A stretch of 64,000 nt of DNA from an uncultured virus (IMG/VR IMGVR_UViG_3300020047_007813) (lineage: Duplodnaviria > Heunggongvirae > Uroviricota > Caudoviricetes), in the IMG/VR virus record IMGVR_UViG_3300020047_007813, one strand, 5' to 3'. This document shows positions 30,058-38,823 of this stretch, in pieces. Positions within the stretch are counted from its first letter, which is position 1, and every line of letters begins with the position of its first letter. Under the pieces are notes generated by a model that saw only the letters and a program-made list of their open reading frames with translations, was not told the DNA's origin and ran no database searches. The position numbers and the translations under genes are program-made.

Positions 30058-30314
30058 AACATACAAAAGGAAATTGGAAAGTTTATGCAGACACAATACA
30101 AAACGAAGACGGGCTAATAGCAGAAATTGCCACCCAAAACGGGAACAGTAAGAATTGGCAAGCAAACGCAAAGCTGATAGCAGCAGCTCCCGACATGTTG
30201 GAAGCCTGCAAGTTGGCATTGGTAGTATTAAGGGGCTTGGATAGCTCAGCATTAGTAATTCCTATATTAGAACAAACAATTAACAAAGCAACGAAAGCTA
30301 TGACGAATTTATAG
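30054..30314 (+). CDS. phage protein of the HTxGxW...NARLIAAAPDLLEA family
   Basis: MKHTKGNW...ANAKLIAAAPDMLEA. Confidence 0.65.
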   Translation: MKHTKGNWKVYADTIQNEDGLIAEIATQNGNSKNWQANAKLIAAAPDMLEACKLALVVLRGLDSSALVIPILEQTINKATKAMTNL

Positions 30315-30388
30315 GCAAGACAAAGACGTGCAACAAGTGTAAGCGCGTTTATAAATTTTCTGATTTAATTGTAAAACTTATATAAACT

Positions 30389-30724
30389 ATGAAAAAACGA
30401 ATATTCTTATCCGGCCCGATAACGGGCTTGATTAACGACAACAAGGGCGCATTTATGGATGCTGCCCAAGTGCTAAGGGCAATGGGCTATATAGTCTTTG
30501 TTCCTTATGAAATCATGCAAGGCATAGATACCGAAGGCTGGGAGCACATGGACTACTGCCGAGTATGTGCAGCCATGTTGATAAACGAAGCCGATGTGAT
30601 GCTGCAATTGCAGGGATGGCAAAAGTCTACAGGCTGCGCCATTGAGAAAGCAACATGTGAACTGTTTAAAATTCCTTATTTACCTATAGAACAATTCTTA
30701 GATGAACGAGAACAAGCCAAATAG
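30389..30724 (+). CDS. DUF4406 (nucleoside deoxyribosyltransferase-like) protein
   Basis: IFLSGPITG, LQGWQKSTGCAIE. Confidence 0.75.
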   Translation: MKKRIFLSGPITGLINDNKGAFMDAAQVLRAMGYIVFVPYEIMQGIDTEGWEHMDYCRVCAAMLINEADVMLQLQGWQKSTGCAIEKATCELFKIPYLPIEQFLDEREQAK

Positions 30725-30848
30725 CAAGAAACGCCCGCGAGGTCGCGGCAAATGAATTATCTGTCGCTGAACGCTTAGTAGGGGTACGGAGTTAGTAGGC
30801 AGCAGCTTTTCAAGGCATATCAAAGGTTTAGTAGTGTTTTCCTTTGAC

Positions 30849-30888
30849 ATAGTAGCCGGGATTGAAAGATATCCCGCTACTATTTTTT
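30849..30888 (+). terminator. intrinsic terminator
   Basis: ATAGTAGC(C)GGGAT/ATCCCGCTACTAT followed by a T tract. Confidence 0.65.
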
Positions 30889-30899
30889 AAATCACTATA

Positions 30900-31181
30900 T
30901 TGATAACTATAACAATGCACGAAATACTAATAACCCGAAACAATGCGCAAGCCCGCTATGACGAGCTTGGAGCAAAGCTAAACAAAGATAGCTATAAGCA
31001 CGATGCTGAAATTGTACGTGAGCGCAACAAACTGCTTAAAGAGATAATAGAGATGAATACGCAACTGGTCAACTACTATTCAGCGCGTCATAAAGGGGTT
31101 ATAAAGGATGCAAGTTGTAATCCCCCAATTAAGTATCAGCCCGGCTTTATAAACCGAGCGATTAGAAACAAAAAATGGTAG
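30900..31181 (+). CDS. hypothetical protein
   Basis: ~90 aa, last gene of the plus-strand block. Confidence 0.4.
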   Translation: MITITMHEILITRNNAQARYDELGAKLNKDSYKHDAEIVRERNKLLKEIIEMNTQLVNYYSARHKGVIKDASCNPPIKYQPGFINRAIRNKKW

Positions 31182-31202
31182 CATATAGCTACCATTTTTT
31201 TT
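31170..31202. terminator. bidirectional terminator between convergent operons
   Basis: AAAAAATGGTAGC-ATATA-GCTACCATTTTTT. Confidence 0.75.
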
Positions 31203-32751
31203 AAATTACCTCGATGTGAAGCTCTCCATCCCCATCCCGTTCCACAATCTCAAACAGCCCAAACATGTCATGCTCCTTCAGTTCGTTGATTGCCTCATTA
31301 AGATTGGCATCATCCATGAGCGAAGCATTTGGTATAGCCAACATATTTACGCCATTGGGATTATATGCAGCATTAAGGGCAACGCCAAGTCTGATGATAT
31401 TGCCAGTGCTCATTAGCTTATCGCTAAGGATTAAATCGTTGTAAGTAACCTGCCCTTTGTCCTCGTCATACTTCATTCCCGGTATCGGGAACACACCGGT
31501 CATAATATAGTTACGTCTTTCGGTTCGCAAGTCCACTACGCTTTGTTGCAGCGCAAACCATTCCTTTTCTAAGTTCTCAGCCTCCTCCACTTTCATGCGG
31601 TATTGGTTTGCGTTATCAACGGCAGTGTTCCAATCGGTCATTTCTTTAACAGCAGCATCCAATATAGCTTTTGCCTTTGCCTCCACATCAAGATTATGCT
31701 CGCCAACACGTTTAACCTCGTCAAGTATGGCTTGTTGTTTTTCCTCTTTTATAGCTTTGTTTTTTGCATCTATAGTTGCGAGAAGCTCATCCACTTCTCC
31801 AAGCCCTCTAGTTACCGAAGCTAACAGCGCGTCTGCCTTCTTGTTTAGGTCTTCTATTTTGCTGTCAATGTCTTTCAGGTCGGCATCAATTTGTTCGTTT
31901 CGTGCTTGCATGGCTGCAATGCGGGCTAAATTCTCTTTTTTCTCATTGTTAAGGCTTTGTGCCATATCCTCCCCGCGCGATTTAGAGCCTTTTATTTCCA
32001 TTAGCTTACTGTCAAGAACAAGCAAATCTGAACGTTCTTTAATTAAATCTGATTTGTCGAACAAAGCATATTTAGCTTCAATAGCCCGTGCGTTTTCGGC
32101 AGCATTTAGCTTGTGCTTGTTCAGATACTCTTGATTGGCATCGTACAACGGCTTCAAGTCTTTCTTCTCATTGTACTTCTCAGGGTTAACTTCATCACGC
32201 ATTTTAGCCACATAGCCCGCAGCTATATCACGGTTACGGCCTACTACAGTGCGGGTGTTTTCTTTTGCTGCAATGTCATCAGCAAACTTTTTGATAATGT
32301 CCGGGCTGAGGTTCGCGAGCTTCAAGAAAAACTCCTCGTTAGCTTTTCGTCCAGCAGCAGTGTCTTGGTTTTTTAATACCTCGAAAATATCAACATACGG
32401 ACCCGCAGCAGCGGTCAAGAATGTTTTGGGCGATTTTAGTTTTGCTCCCCCGTCCTTGTTGGTAACATCGAAAGTGATACCATCTTTGGTTTCTTTCAGT
32501 TTCACCAATACATTGTAGGTTACGCCATCGCGCTCAAAGTCAAGGCTGATACTGCCCTTGTCTTTACCTTCGGTAACGAGGTTGTCGGCAGTTTCTTCGA
32601 GGTTAAGGGCTATGCGTATAGCCTGAATTAAAGATGATTTTCCGGCTCCGTTGTTTCCCATAAGGAAATAGCTGTTGCCGTTAAACGCCAGGTCTATTTT
32701 CTCCAATTTCTTGAAGTCGCGGATAGACACCGCTTTGAGGATTGTTTTCAT
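31201..32751 (-). CDS. Rad50/SbcC-like ATPase with coiled coil
   Basis: IRDFK, GNNGAGKSS, long coiled coil, MSTG signature, ASLMD. Confidence 0.75.
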   Translation of the reverse strand: MKTILKAVSIRDFKKLEKIDLAFNGNSYFLMGNNGAGKSSLIQAIRIALNLEETADNLVTEGKDKGSISLDFERDGVTYNVLVKLKETKDGITFDVTNKDGGAKLKSPKTFLTAAAGPYVDIFEVLKNQDTAAGRKANEEFFLKLANLSPDIIKKFADDIAAKENTRTVVGRNRDIAAGYVAKMRDEVNPEKYNEKKDLKPLYDANQEYLNKHKLNAAENARAIEAKYALFDKSDLIKERSDLLVLDSKLMEIKGSKSRGEDMAQSLNNEKKENLARIAAMQARNEQIDADLKDIDSKIEDLNKKADALLASVTRGLGEVDELLATIDAKNKAIKEEKQQAILDEVKRVGEHNLDVEAKAKAILDAAVKEMTDWNTAVDNANQYRMKVEEAENLEKEWFALQQSVVDLRTERRNYIMTGVFPIPGMKYDEDKGQVTYNDLILSDKLMSTGNIIRLGVALNAAYNPNGVNMLAIPNASLMDDANLNEAINELKEHDMFGLFEIVERDGDGELHIEVI

Positions 32752-32763
32752 ATTTTTAATGGA

Positions 32764-33159
32764 TTATTCGGGAAACTGTATCTCAGTCAGCCCTTTTTTG
32801 TTATTAAGTTTTCTGTTTTTAATGTGATGTTTCATGTCGTATTGAAGATGGCATTTCTGACACATAGCTTGCAGCCTATCTAACGAAACCTCATGGTTGA
32901 GCTTGTCGTGATCTAAATGCGCAATCGTCAAACATACTTTTGTTGACTTTAAATTGGCGTTGCTCCATGCTTCGCTTTCCATGCCTTCAGGCCAATACTC
33001 CCAATCATCAACGCCTTTGCCGTAACGATGTATCAATCTGCCATTTTCAACCCCGCAAACCTCACAACGGTTTTTTGCACGTTCCAATATAGCAGGACGT
33101 ATCTCTGTTTTCCAATTTGCGGGGTATTCCTTGTAATTTATTGGCATGGTGTTATTCAA
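32764..33159 (-). CDS. HNH-like endonuclease
   Basis: YPANW, RCEVCG, LTIAHLDH, MCQKCHL. Confidence 0.75.
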   Translation of the reverse strand: MNNTMPINYKEYPANWKTEIRPAILERAKNRCEVCGVENGRLIHRYGKGVDDWEYWPEGMESEAWSNANLKSTKVCLTIAHLDHDKLNHEVSLDRLQAMCQKCHLQYDMKHHIKNRKLNNKKGLTEIQFPE

Positions 33160-33433
33160 ATAGTGATAATTGTACGTTTACCCATTTCACAAACCTTGCT
33201 TTGTTTATTCCAATCGGCAAAGTATAGCTGCGCTGAACAACTGTATCTCCTACCCATTCACCATGCCCCGATTGCAGTAGCCTAACAACATAGGTGTCGT
33301 CTGTTTCGCCTATGATGCTGTTTTCTTCAAGTGCTCTCTCCCATCCACCGGGCAACTTGTATTCTCCGGTTTCAATCAGGAACAAGCCCCGTTTAGCAGA
33401 TTCGTAGGCTTGGTAGTTATATAGGATATCCAT
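33152..33433 (-). CDS. hypothetical protein
   Basis: 93 aa ending QLSLFE (clamp-binding-like motif). Confidence 0.5.
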   Translation of the reverse strand: MDILYNYQAYESAKRGLFLIETGEYKLPGGWERALEENSIIGETDDTYVVRLLQSGHGEWVGDTVVQRSYTLPIGINKARFVKWVNVQLSLFE

Positions 33434-33436
33434 AGC

Positions 33437-34327
33437 CTATTTATTCTCTATACCATACATTTTATTGAACGCTGCATCTTTGTCGCTGGTAGGGGCAGGA
33501 GTTTCTTCTTCGGTTGGCTTCACCGCATCCGTAGGCTTCACCTCCTCAAACGTGCCATCCTCTGTAGTGGTTTCGCCAAATACATCTGCGGGACCCTTAG
33601 GTGATGAGTTTTTAAACTCCTTCTCTTGCTCTGAAATAACCTCGGCAGCTAATGTATTAGTGCCCTTTGGCAACGACTTGTAATGCCTACGGATGACGGC
33701 CTTCTTTTGCATTTCACTCTCCCAATTGCTATATGGAGAGTATGAGCTGTTTGCTCCATCGCTCATAGCCTTTATTTTGTCCAGCTCCCATTTGGGGATA
33801 AACTCATAAACTTTTGTGTTGTCTTTAAGCACGGCACAGCTTAATGCACCTACAACTCTGCGCTGCTTGTTCTCCGCTTCCGACTCAGCATATTTTTTAA
33901 CGTGAACGGTATTCACCATGTCAAACACAAAATCCTCATCATCATACACTATACTAGCGGCCATATACTTTACATCGCCACCGTCAGTCAGTATTTTTGT
34001 CAACCCCATCCATGACGGGTCAAGAATACATTTGCCTTTTCTCGGAATAAGGTAAGCTAGTTTCATGGCAGGGTTAAGCGTAATCCCCATTCGTGCAACG
34101 TTGATGATGCAATTGATAATACTCGCAAATCCATCGGGCGTAGTAGCTATTTTTTGAAGGGATGTGCTGCCTTCAATTATTTGCGAGGCAAAACCTGCTT
34201 CAATTTTTGCTTTGTTCGGGTCTGCTATCATTGCAAACTTTTGCATCCCGGATGATACTGCTTGTTTCCATGCCGCCATAGGAGCTGCTGCATCCTGCGT
34301 TTTCGCGACTTCTTTCTGTGTTGCCAT
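33437..34327 (-). CDS. recT: RecT-family single-strand annealing protein
   Basis: GITLNP..LAYLIPR, SWMGL, SPYSNWESEMQKKAVIRR..K.LP. Confidence 0.85.
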   Translation of the reverse strand: MATQKEVAKTQDAAAPMAAWKQAVSSGMQKFAMIADPNKAKIEAGFASQIIEGSTSLQKIATTPDGFASIINCIINVARMGITLNPAMKLAYLIPRKGKCILDPSWMGLTKILTDGGDVKYMAASIVYDDEDFVFDMVNTVHVKKYAESEAENKQRRVVGALSCAVLKDNTKVYEFIPKWELDKIKAMSDGANSSYSPYSNWESEMQKKAVIRRHYKSLPKGTNTLAAEVISEQEKEFKNSSPKGPADVFGETTTEDGTFEEVKPTDAVKPTEEETPAPTSDKDAAFNKMYGIENK

Positions 34328-34419
34328 TTTCTGATAATTGTTTTAATTTGTTTATAAACTCTTGTTGTGTCATGGGCTTCTCGATTGCATCAAAGAACCG
34401 GTTAGCCTCAAAGTAATCG

Positions 34420-34767
34420 TTAAATATTATTGCCTCTAATAATAGCCTCGCTGTCGTCATGTGATATGATTTTAATTTCTCCGCTGTCCCACTCTTTTAT
34501 AAGGGCTATCAGCTCTGTAAATTTAGCTTTATCCTGCTTTCTTGCAATGTTAAACACTATACCAAACGCCTCTGACACAGAGGTGAGTTGCTCCTCATCA
34601 TCCATGCGCTTCTCTAATCTCCTTGCGAGCTTATTCCCTGCATTGGTAAAATTGTTGACCAACATGCTATCCATGCCTGAAAATCTGTTTTTGAACAGCC
34701 ATCCAAGTTTATCAACCTCATACATAGCGCATATAAAGGTTATAAGGTCAGAGTTGTTTTTGCTCAT
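34420..34767 (-). CDS. hypothetical protein
   Basis: 115 aa between the RecE-like and RecT genes. Confidence 0.5.
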   Translation of the reverse strand: MSKNNSDLITFICAMYEVDKLGWLFKNRFSGMDSMLVNNFTNAGNKLARRLEKRMDDEEQLTSVSEAFGIVFNIARKQDKAKFTELIALIKEWDSGEIKIISHDDSEAIIRGNNI

Positions 34768-35636
34768 GCAAATAAGTTTTTACGCCAAGCAGGTAGTTTA
34801 GCTGTTAGTATTCCATGACTTGCATCAGCAAGCGTGTCGTAGCTCCCCCATACATCTGTATCGGTACATTCTTTTACTTTACGCATGAAATGTTTGTACT
34901 GGTTGATGCCAATAAACAAGTCATCGTCAGTTAACCGGTAAACAGCAACGCCATAAGGAAATATATTCTCAATGGCTATATACAAGTAGTGATCCGTTTC
35001 GTAGCCCAGCACTTGACGTATAGCCTCCACTTGCATGCCTGCCTGCGTAAGATAGTCATACTTTACGATTGTTTTTCCAAACGCTTCAGGACTTGCGTCA
35101 TCCGTTGTTTTAAGGTCAATAACGGTGTTCCACTTGCCTCCATTATTGCGCCTAAAGTCGCACCTGGCTCTTGCTTTTAGTCCGGTGTCCTGGTCAACAT
35201 AGTAAATGGACTGCTCAGGCATACCGCTATCCAACAGCTTTGTTACAGCTTCGCATTTTAATGCTGAGTTTTTCATGGCAGATGCCGTAACATAGTCGTC
35301 AGCCGATACTATGTTGCGACCTTTGGCCAATAATATCATGCCGTTGTAGTTTTCCTTACCCTCTTTTGTGTTGCGCTTAATATTTAGACCTTCAGGTACA
35401 ACAAAGTTTTCTTTCTCAAATAAGTCAGGCTCCAATAGCAATGTATGAACCAATGTGCCTAATGATTGGGATGCTGTTGGTTTGCCGCTATCAGGGTCCA
35501 AGAAGTACTGACTGTAATGAAAAGGGGATGTGCCCATCTTCTTTAGTCGCGATGCAGAGATATAGTCTTTTCTCGAGTGATAGTCCTCGTTGCTCTCGCC
35601 ATCAAAAACTACCGGGAGTTTGATTATTTCTCTCAT
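34764..35636 (-). CDS. RecE/exonuclease VIII-like PD-(D/E)XK nuclease (DUF3799)
   Basis: NEDYH, ISASRLK, GTLVHTLLLEP, ARCD, DLKTT. Confidence 0.85.
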   Translation of the reverse strand: MREIIKLPVVFDGESNEDYHSRKDYISASRLKKMGTSPFHYSQYFLDPDSGKPTASQSLGTLVHTLLLEPDLFEKENFVVPEGLNIKRNTKEGKENYNGMILLAKGRNIVSADDYVTASAMKNSALKCEAVTKLLDSGMPEQSIYYVDQDTGLKARARCDFRRNNGGKWNTVIDLKTTDDASPEAFGKTIVKYDYLTQAGMQVEAIRQVLGYETDHYLYIAIENIFPYGVAVYRLTDDDLFIGINQYKHFMRKVKECTDTDVWGSYDTLADASHGILTAKLPAWRKNLFA

Positions 35637-35833
35637 TACACAGGCATGTTTAAGCCCTTTCGGACAGCGGCTATAATCAGTTCCTCTTTAGTAGGCTTGT
35701 CTTTATAGTCATAATCCGCCTGTAGGTTTATCAACGCTTTGTTGACCTCTTTAGGCAAAACTACCCCAACCCTGGGGCCTGTTTCTTCTACGCCAATGCG
35801 CAGGAATTTTTTAAAATCGTTTGTCGTACTCAT
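35636..35833 (-). CDS. small ribbon-helix-helix-like regulator
   Basis: 65 aa; RVGVVLPKEVNKAL...TKEELIIAAVRKGL. Confidence 0.45.
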   Translation of the reverse strand: MSTTNDFKKFLRIGVEETGPRVGVVLPKEVNKALINLQADYDYKDKPTKEELIIAAVRKGLNMPV

Positions 35834-35849
35834 ATTGTTTATTTTGGCG

Positions 35850-35895
35850 CAAATATACTATTTGTTTGTTATATGCAAAATGTTTTTTATGTTTG
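35850..35895. promoter_or_regulatory. divergent Bacteroidota-type promoters
   Basis: TATATTTG on minus (35850-35857) and TATGTTTG on plus (35888-35895); the plus promoter faces the cassette array. Confidence 0.55.
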
Positions 35896-35929
35896 CCCAA
35901 AAAATTAGTAATTCAATTTGCGTTTTGAC

Positions 35930-36181
35930 ATGAACTGGATAGAACAACGACCAAAAGAAGGGGACACCGTTAAGGTGTTTCTTTCTTTACCTGATGAAAT
36001 ATTGATTGGTGTTGCCTTGCGATACCATGATGGTAAAGTAATAATAGATAACGGGCTCCCGCTTGGGGAGCGTTCAGGAAGCGATTTTTATCGCGTTCCT
36101 GAATGTCCCCAAGCTGGTGTTGTGCGGCAGTCCGCCTTAGCGGCTGCCGTGCGACACCCGCGCAGCGGGAGCCCGTTGTAG
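35930..36181 (+). CDS. hypothetical ORF running into the first array site (possibly interrupted gene)
   Basis: MNWIEQRPKEGDTV...; from 36050 on it translates GC-rich hairpin DNA. Confidence 0.4.
   Translation: MNWIEQRPKEGDTVKVFLSLPDEILIGVALRYHDGKVIIDNGLPLGERSGSDFYRVPECPQAGVVRQSALAAAVRHPRSGSPL
36046..36181 (+). repeat. attC-like site 0 (GC-rich, branched)
   Basis: ATAAC-GGGCTCCCGCT...AGCGGGAGCCC-GTTGTAG enclosing two further hairpins. Confidence 0.6.
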
Positions 36182-36204
36182 TGCAAGACGCGAAGCGGAT
36201 TGCG

Positions 36205-36415
36205 CTACAACGTTACGAGGGTTGGCGAAGTTTTTATTTGCGGATTTGAAACACAAAACTAAATTATACAATGGAAAATAGACAGAAGATTTTAAGCGAT
36301 AAACACATACTTGGAAAGTTGAACGAGCATGGTTTGACGAATACTGTAATGGAGGCAATGACTGATTATGCACAGGAGCAAGCAAATAAAAATTTTGTCC
36401 AACCCTATGTTAGCA
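36205..36415 (+). repeat. attC-like site 1
   Basis: CTACAAC-gttacg-AGGGTTGGCGAAGTTTTTATTTGC...GCAAATAAAAATTTTGTCCAACCCT-at-GTTAGCA. Confidence 0.85.
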
Positions 36416-36567
36416 AATCGTTAGCCCCATATAGATGCCCAATATGCGGGGGCAATGGCTTGGTATCAGGTTCGTTTTATACATCGCTACTAGGATGTGG
36501 TGGCACAAGCGCTAATATAACTGAAAAGTGTAGAAGTTGCGATGGAAGTGGACTGTTATGGGGCTAA
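36271..36567 (+). CDS. cassette 1: DnaJ-type zinc-finger protein
   Basis: CPICGGNG...CRSCDGSG; starts inside the site 1 loop. Confidence 0.65.
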   Translation: MENRQKILSDKHILGKLNEHGLTNTVMEAMTDYAQEQANKNFVQPYVSKSLAPYRCPICGGNGLVSGSFYTSLLGCGGTSANITEKCRSCDGSGLLWG

Positions 36568-36571
36568 TGTT

Positions 36572-36702
36572 TGCTAACGAATGGTGCTTGCCGAAGGGCG
36601 GGTTTAGAATTACAAATGTTTAATTAAGTACTAATGTCAAATAGAATTACAGATGCTCAGGGCTTGCACGTTAGCCCGCCTTTTGGCAAACACGTGTTAA
36701 AT
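36572..36702 (+). repeat. attC-like site 2
   Basis: TGCTAAC-gaatg-GTGCTTGCCGAAGGGCGGGTT...AGCCCGCCTTTTGGCAAACAC-gt-GTTAAAT. Confidence 0.85.
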
Positions 36703-37083
36703 GATGGTTTTATTATAGACTTTTTTGAACTTATGTTTTTAGCCGAATCAGTTATTCCAGAAAGACCAATAGCACGTTCAATGTGTTTTGATGATTTTTC
36801 AGAAAGGCATTATCATAAAATGAATGATAATCAAAGAAAACAATTTTTTGAACACGTACAAAAGTGTCACGGTTTCAATTTAGAAAATGAGCAATGCAGA
36901 CACTTTTTTGCAAGATTTAACCCTAAAAATCAATACTTAGTTTCTTGTTTTTATAATGGGAAAGCCGAAGCTATTGTATGTTATATGTTTGATGAAGAAT
37001 ATAGGACTGAAAAAAACAGATTTGTCAATCGTGAATACATTAAAAGCGTTGTCAGGGTGTGGGATTCTCAAACTATCATTTAA
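36634..37083 (+). CDS. cassette 2: hypothetical protein (paralogue of cassette 3 ORF)
   Basis: IDFFELMFLAESVIPERPIARSM; its stop TAA is the TAAC core of site 3. Confidence 0.7.
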   Translation: MSNRITDAQGLHVSPPFGKHVLNDGFIIDFFELMFLAESVIPERPIARSMCFDDFSERHYHKMNDNQRKQFFEHVQKCHGFNLENEQCRHFFARFNPKNQYLVSCFYNGKAEAIVCYMFDEEYRTEKNRFVNREYIKSVVRVWDSQTII

Positions 37084-37154
37084 CGTTTTCGGGGTAACAG
37101 AAGGCGGCTATACAGTCGCAAACGTCAGCCGCTTTTTGTTACCCTGTGTTATAA
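37078..37154 (+). repeat. attC-like site 3 (short loop)
   Basis: ATTTAAC-gttttc-GGGGTAACAGAAGGCGGCT...AGCCGCTTTTTGTTACCCT-gt-GTTATAA. Confidence 0.85.
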
Positions 37155-37214
37155 GATGCCGCTTCCAGTAAGCATATTAGTAGTAGAATATTTTAATTAT
37201 TAAATTTTAAAGCG

Positions 37215-37592
37215 ATGGCAGAAATAAAAATAGATTTTTTTGAATTAGCATTTCTTGCTGAAACATGTATCCCTCCAACACCAATAGCGAGGTCAATGTT
37301 TTGGGATAGGCTTATAAACGAAATATACCACCAACTCAATGACAATGAAAGGAAAAGGTTATTTGAATGGATGAAACGAAATGATAGGTTTAAATTAGAA
37401 AATGAAGATTGTCAATGGTTCTATGCCAGATACAATCCAAATAACCAATATGAGGTAAGTTGCTTCTATAAGGGAAGTCCACAAGTTGTAAAAGCATTTA
37501 TGAAAGATGAATTGTATAGAACAAATAAGACAACACATATTTCTCCTGAATACATAAAATTTGCAACTAAAATTAAAATATCAAACAAATGA
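37215..37592 (+). CDS. cassette 3 ORF a: hypothetical protein (paralogue of cassette 2)
   Basis: IDFFELAFLAETCIPPTPIARSM, ARYNPNNQY. Confidence 0.7.
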   Translation: MAEIKIDFFELAFLAETCIPPTPIARSMFWDRLINEIYHQLNDNERKRLFEWMKRNDRFKLENEDCQWFYARYNPNNQYEVSCFYKGSPQVVKAFMKDELYRTNKTTHISPEYIKFATKIKISNK

Positions 37593-37843
37593 GGCACACA
37601 TCAGGCATTACAAAAATGAAAATGCTTATTAAGAAAAATAAGCGTGATGTTGAAAATGGAAGTAATGAAATTTACGAGTTCTTAATTAAATGGTGTGATA
37701 GGTTGATAAAAGAAGAAAAAGAATTTAAGAAAAAAGAGTGTTCTCATGACTTTGTTGAAACCGGATTGAGTGGGGAATATTTTTGTTATAAATGCAATAT
37801 CTATATGTCTGATTATTTTAAAAAGCGGGCAGTAAAAATTTAA
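37589..37843 (+). CDS. cassette 3 ORF b: small zinc-ribbon protein
   Basis: CSHDF...CYKC; ATGA-coupled to ORF a. Confidence 0.55.
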   Translation: MRHTSGITKMKMLIKKNKRDVENGSNEIYEFLIKWCDRLIKEEKEFKKKECSHDFVETGLSGEYFCYKCNIYMSDYFKKRAVKI

Positions 37844-37894
37844 TAATTAAAAAATAATGGTTAGTAGGATACATGATTGGAAACGTGCGGTTTC

Positions 37895-38019
37895 TTATAA
37901 CGTATCGGGTATTGGCGAAGTTGCCGAACCGAAAGTTTAATTGAAAAACAAAAGTTGAAATTATGGACGAAAGTTTAATTGAAAAACAGAACGGCAATTT
38001 TGCCAATACCTTGTTAGTG
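37895..38019 (+). repeat. attC-like site 4
   Basis: TTATAAC-gtatcg-GGTATTGGCGAAGTTGCCG...CGGCAATTTTGCCAATACC-tt-GTTAGTG. Confidence 0.85.
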
Positions 38020-38694
38020 GCAGTGCATTCTAAGCCGAAATGTTTGGATTTGTTCTGCTGTTCTGGCGGTGCAGGAGTTGGTTATAATCTTGCTGGGTTT
38101 GATGTAATTGGCGTGGATATAGAGCCACAACCTGAATACCCTTTTACATTCATACAGGGCGATGCACTTCAATATGTAAAGGAACACGGACACGAATTTG
38201 ATTTTATACACGCAAGCCCGCCCTGCCAACATTTTACCAAATACAATAATTGCCGTAAGGATTTGAAAGAACGCTATGAAGATTTGATTGAACCTACAAG
38301 GCAGGCGTTGATTGAAAGCGGAAAGCCTTATGTAATTGAAAATGTTGTTGGAGCTCCTTTACATAACCCGATTACATTATGTGGCTCTATGTTTGGACTT
38401 GATGTGCGTAGGCATAGATTATTTGAAAGCAACTTTGAAATACCACAACCCAAATGCGACCACAAAGTATGGGAACCAAATAGATTTCCAGGGGGCAGGT
38501 CAAGAGAGCGTGGACACGCCAGAGTATTATGCAGGGGAACAGTTGAAATTGGGAGGTGGAATATTCCGATTAAAACCCAGCAAGATGCAATGGGTATTCA
38601 ATGGATAACGGAATTACGAAAGTTGAGCGAAAGCATCCCGCCAGCTTTTACAAGATATATCGGTGAGCAGTGGGTGTCGCTGCATTGCCACTAA
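37963..38694 (+). CDS. cassette 4: C5 cytosine DNA methyltransferase
   Basis: LDLFCCSGG, ASPPCQ, IENV, RRHRLFE; its stop TAA is the core of site 5. Confidence 0.85.
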   Translation: MDESLIEKQNGNFANTLLVAVHSKPKCLDLFCCSGGAGVGYNLAGFDVIGVDIEPQPEYPFTFIQGDALQYVKEHGHEFDFIHASPPCQHFTKYNNCRKDLKERYEDLIEPTRQALIESGKPYVIENVVGAPLHNPITLCGSMFGLDVRRHRLFESNFEIPQPKCDHKVWEPNRFPGGRSRERGHARVLCRGTVEIGRWNIPIKTQQDAMGIQWITELRKLSESIPPAFTRYIGEQWVSLHCH

Positions 38695-38823
38695 CGTTCC
38701 CTCGCTTTGTGTCAGTGGCGGATTAAAAAATACTGACTTTTCGATTAATAACTAAACATACAAAAATGCAAGAAACATTAAATTTAGACCAAACCCCGCC
38801 ATTGCACAAAACGAGTGTTAGTG
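38689..38823 (+). repeat. attC-like site 5
   Basis: CACTAAC-gttcc-CTCGCTTTGTGTCAGTGGCGG...CCGCCATTGCACAAAACGAG-t-GTTAGTG. Confidence 0.85.

Noticed and set aside
36205..38823. Array hairpins as intrinsic terminators or a CRISPR array
   Set aside because: No U-tracts, loops up to ~140 nt containing start codons, non-identical repeats, gene-sized spacing and no cas genes
36409..38823. Shufflon or domain swapping with crossover inside the ORFs at GTT
   Set aside because: G-T bias and the hairpin-less terminal site favour crossover at the upstream AA^C, which keeps each ORF intact. All units share one orientation, unlike an inversion system.
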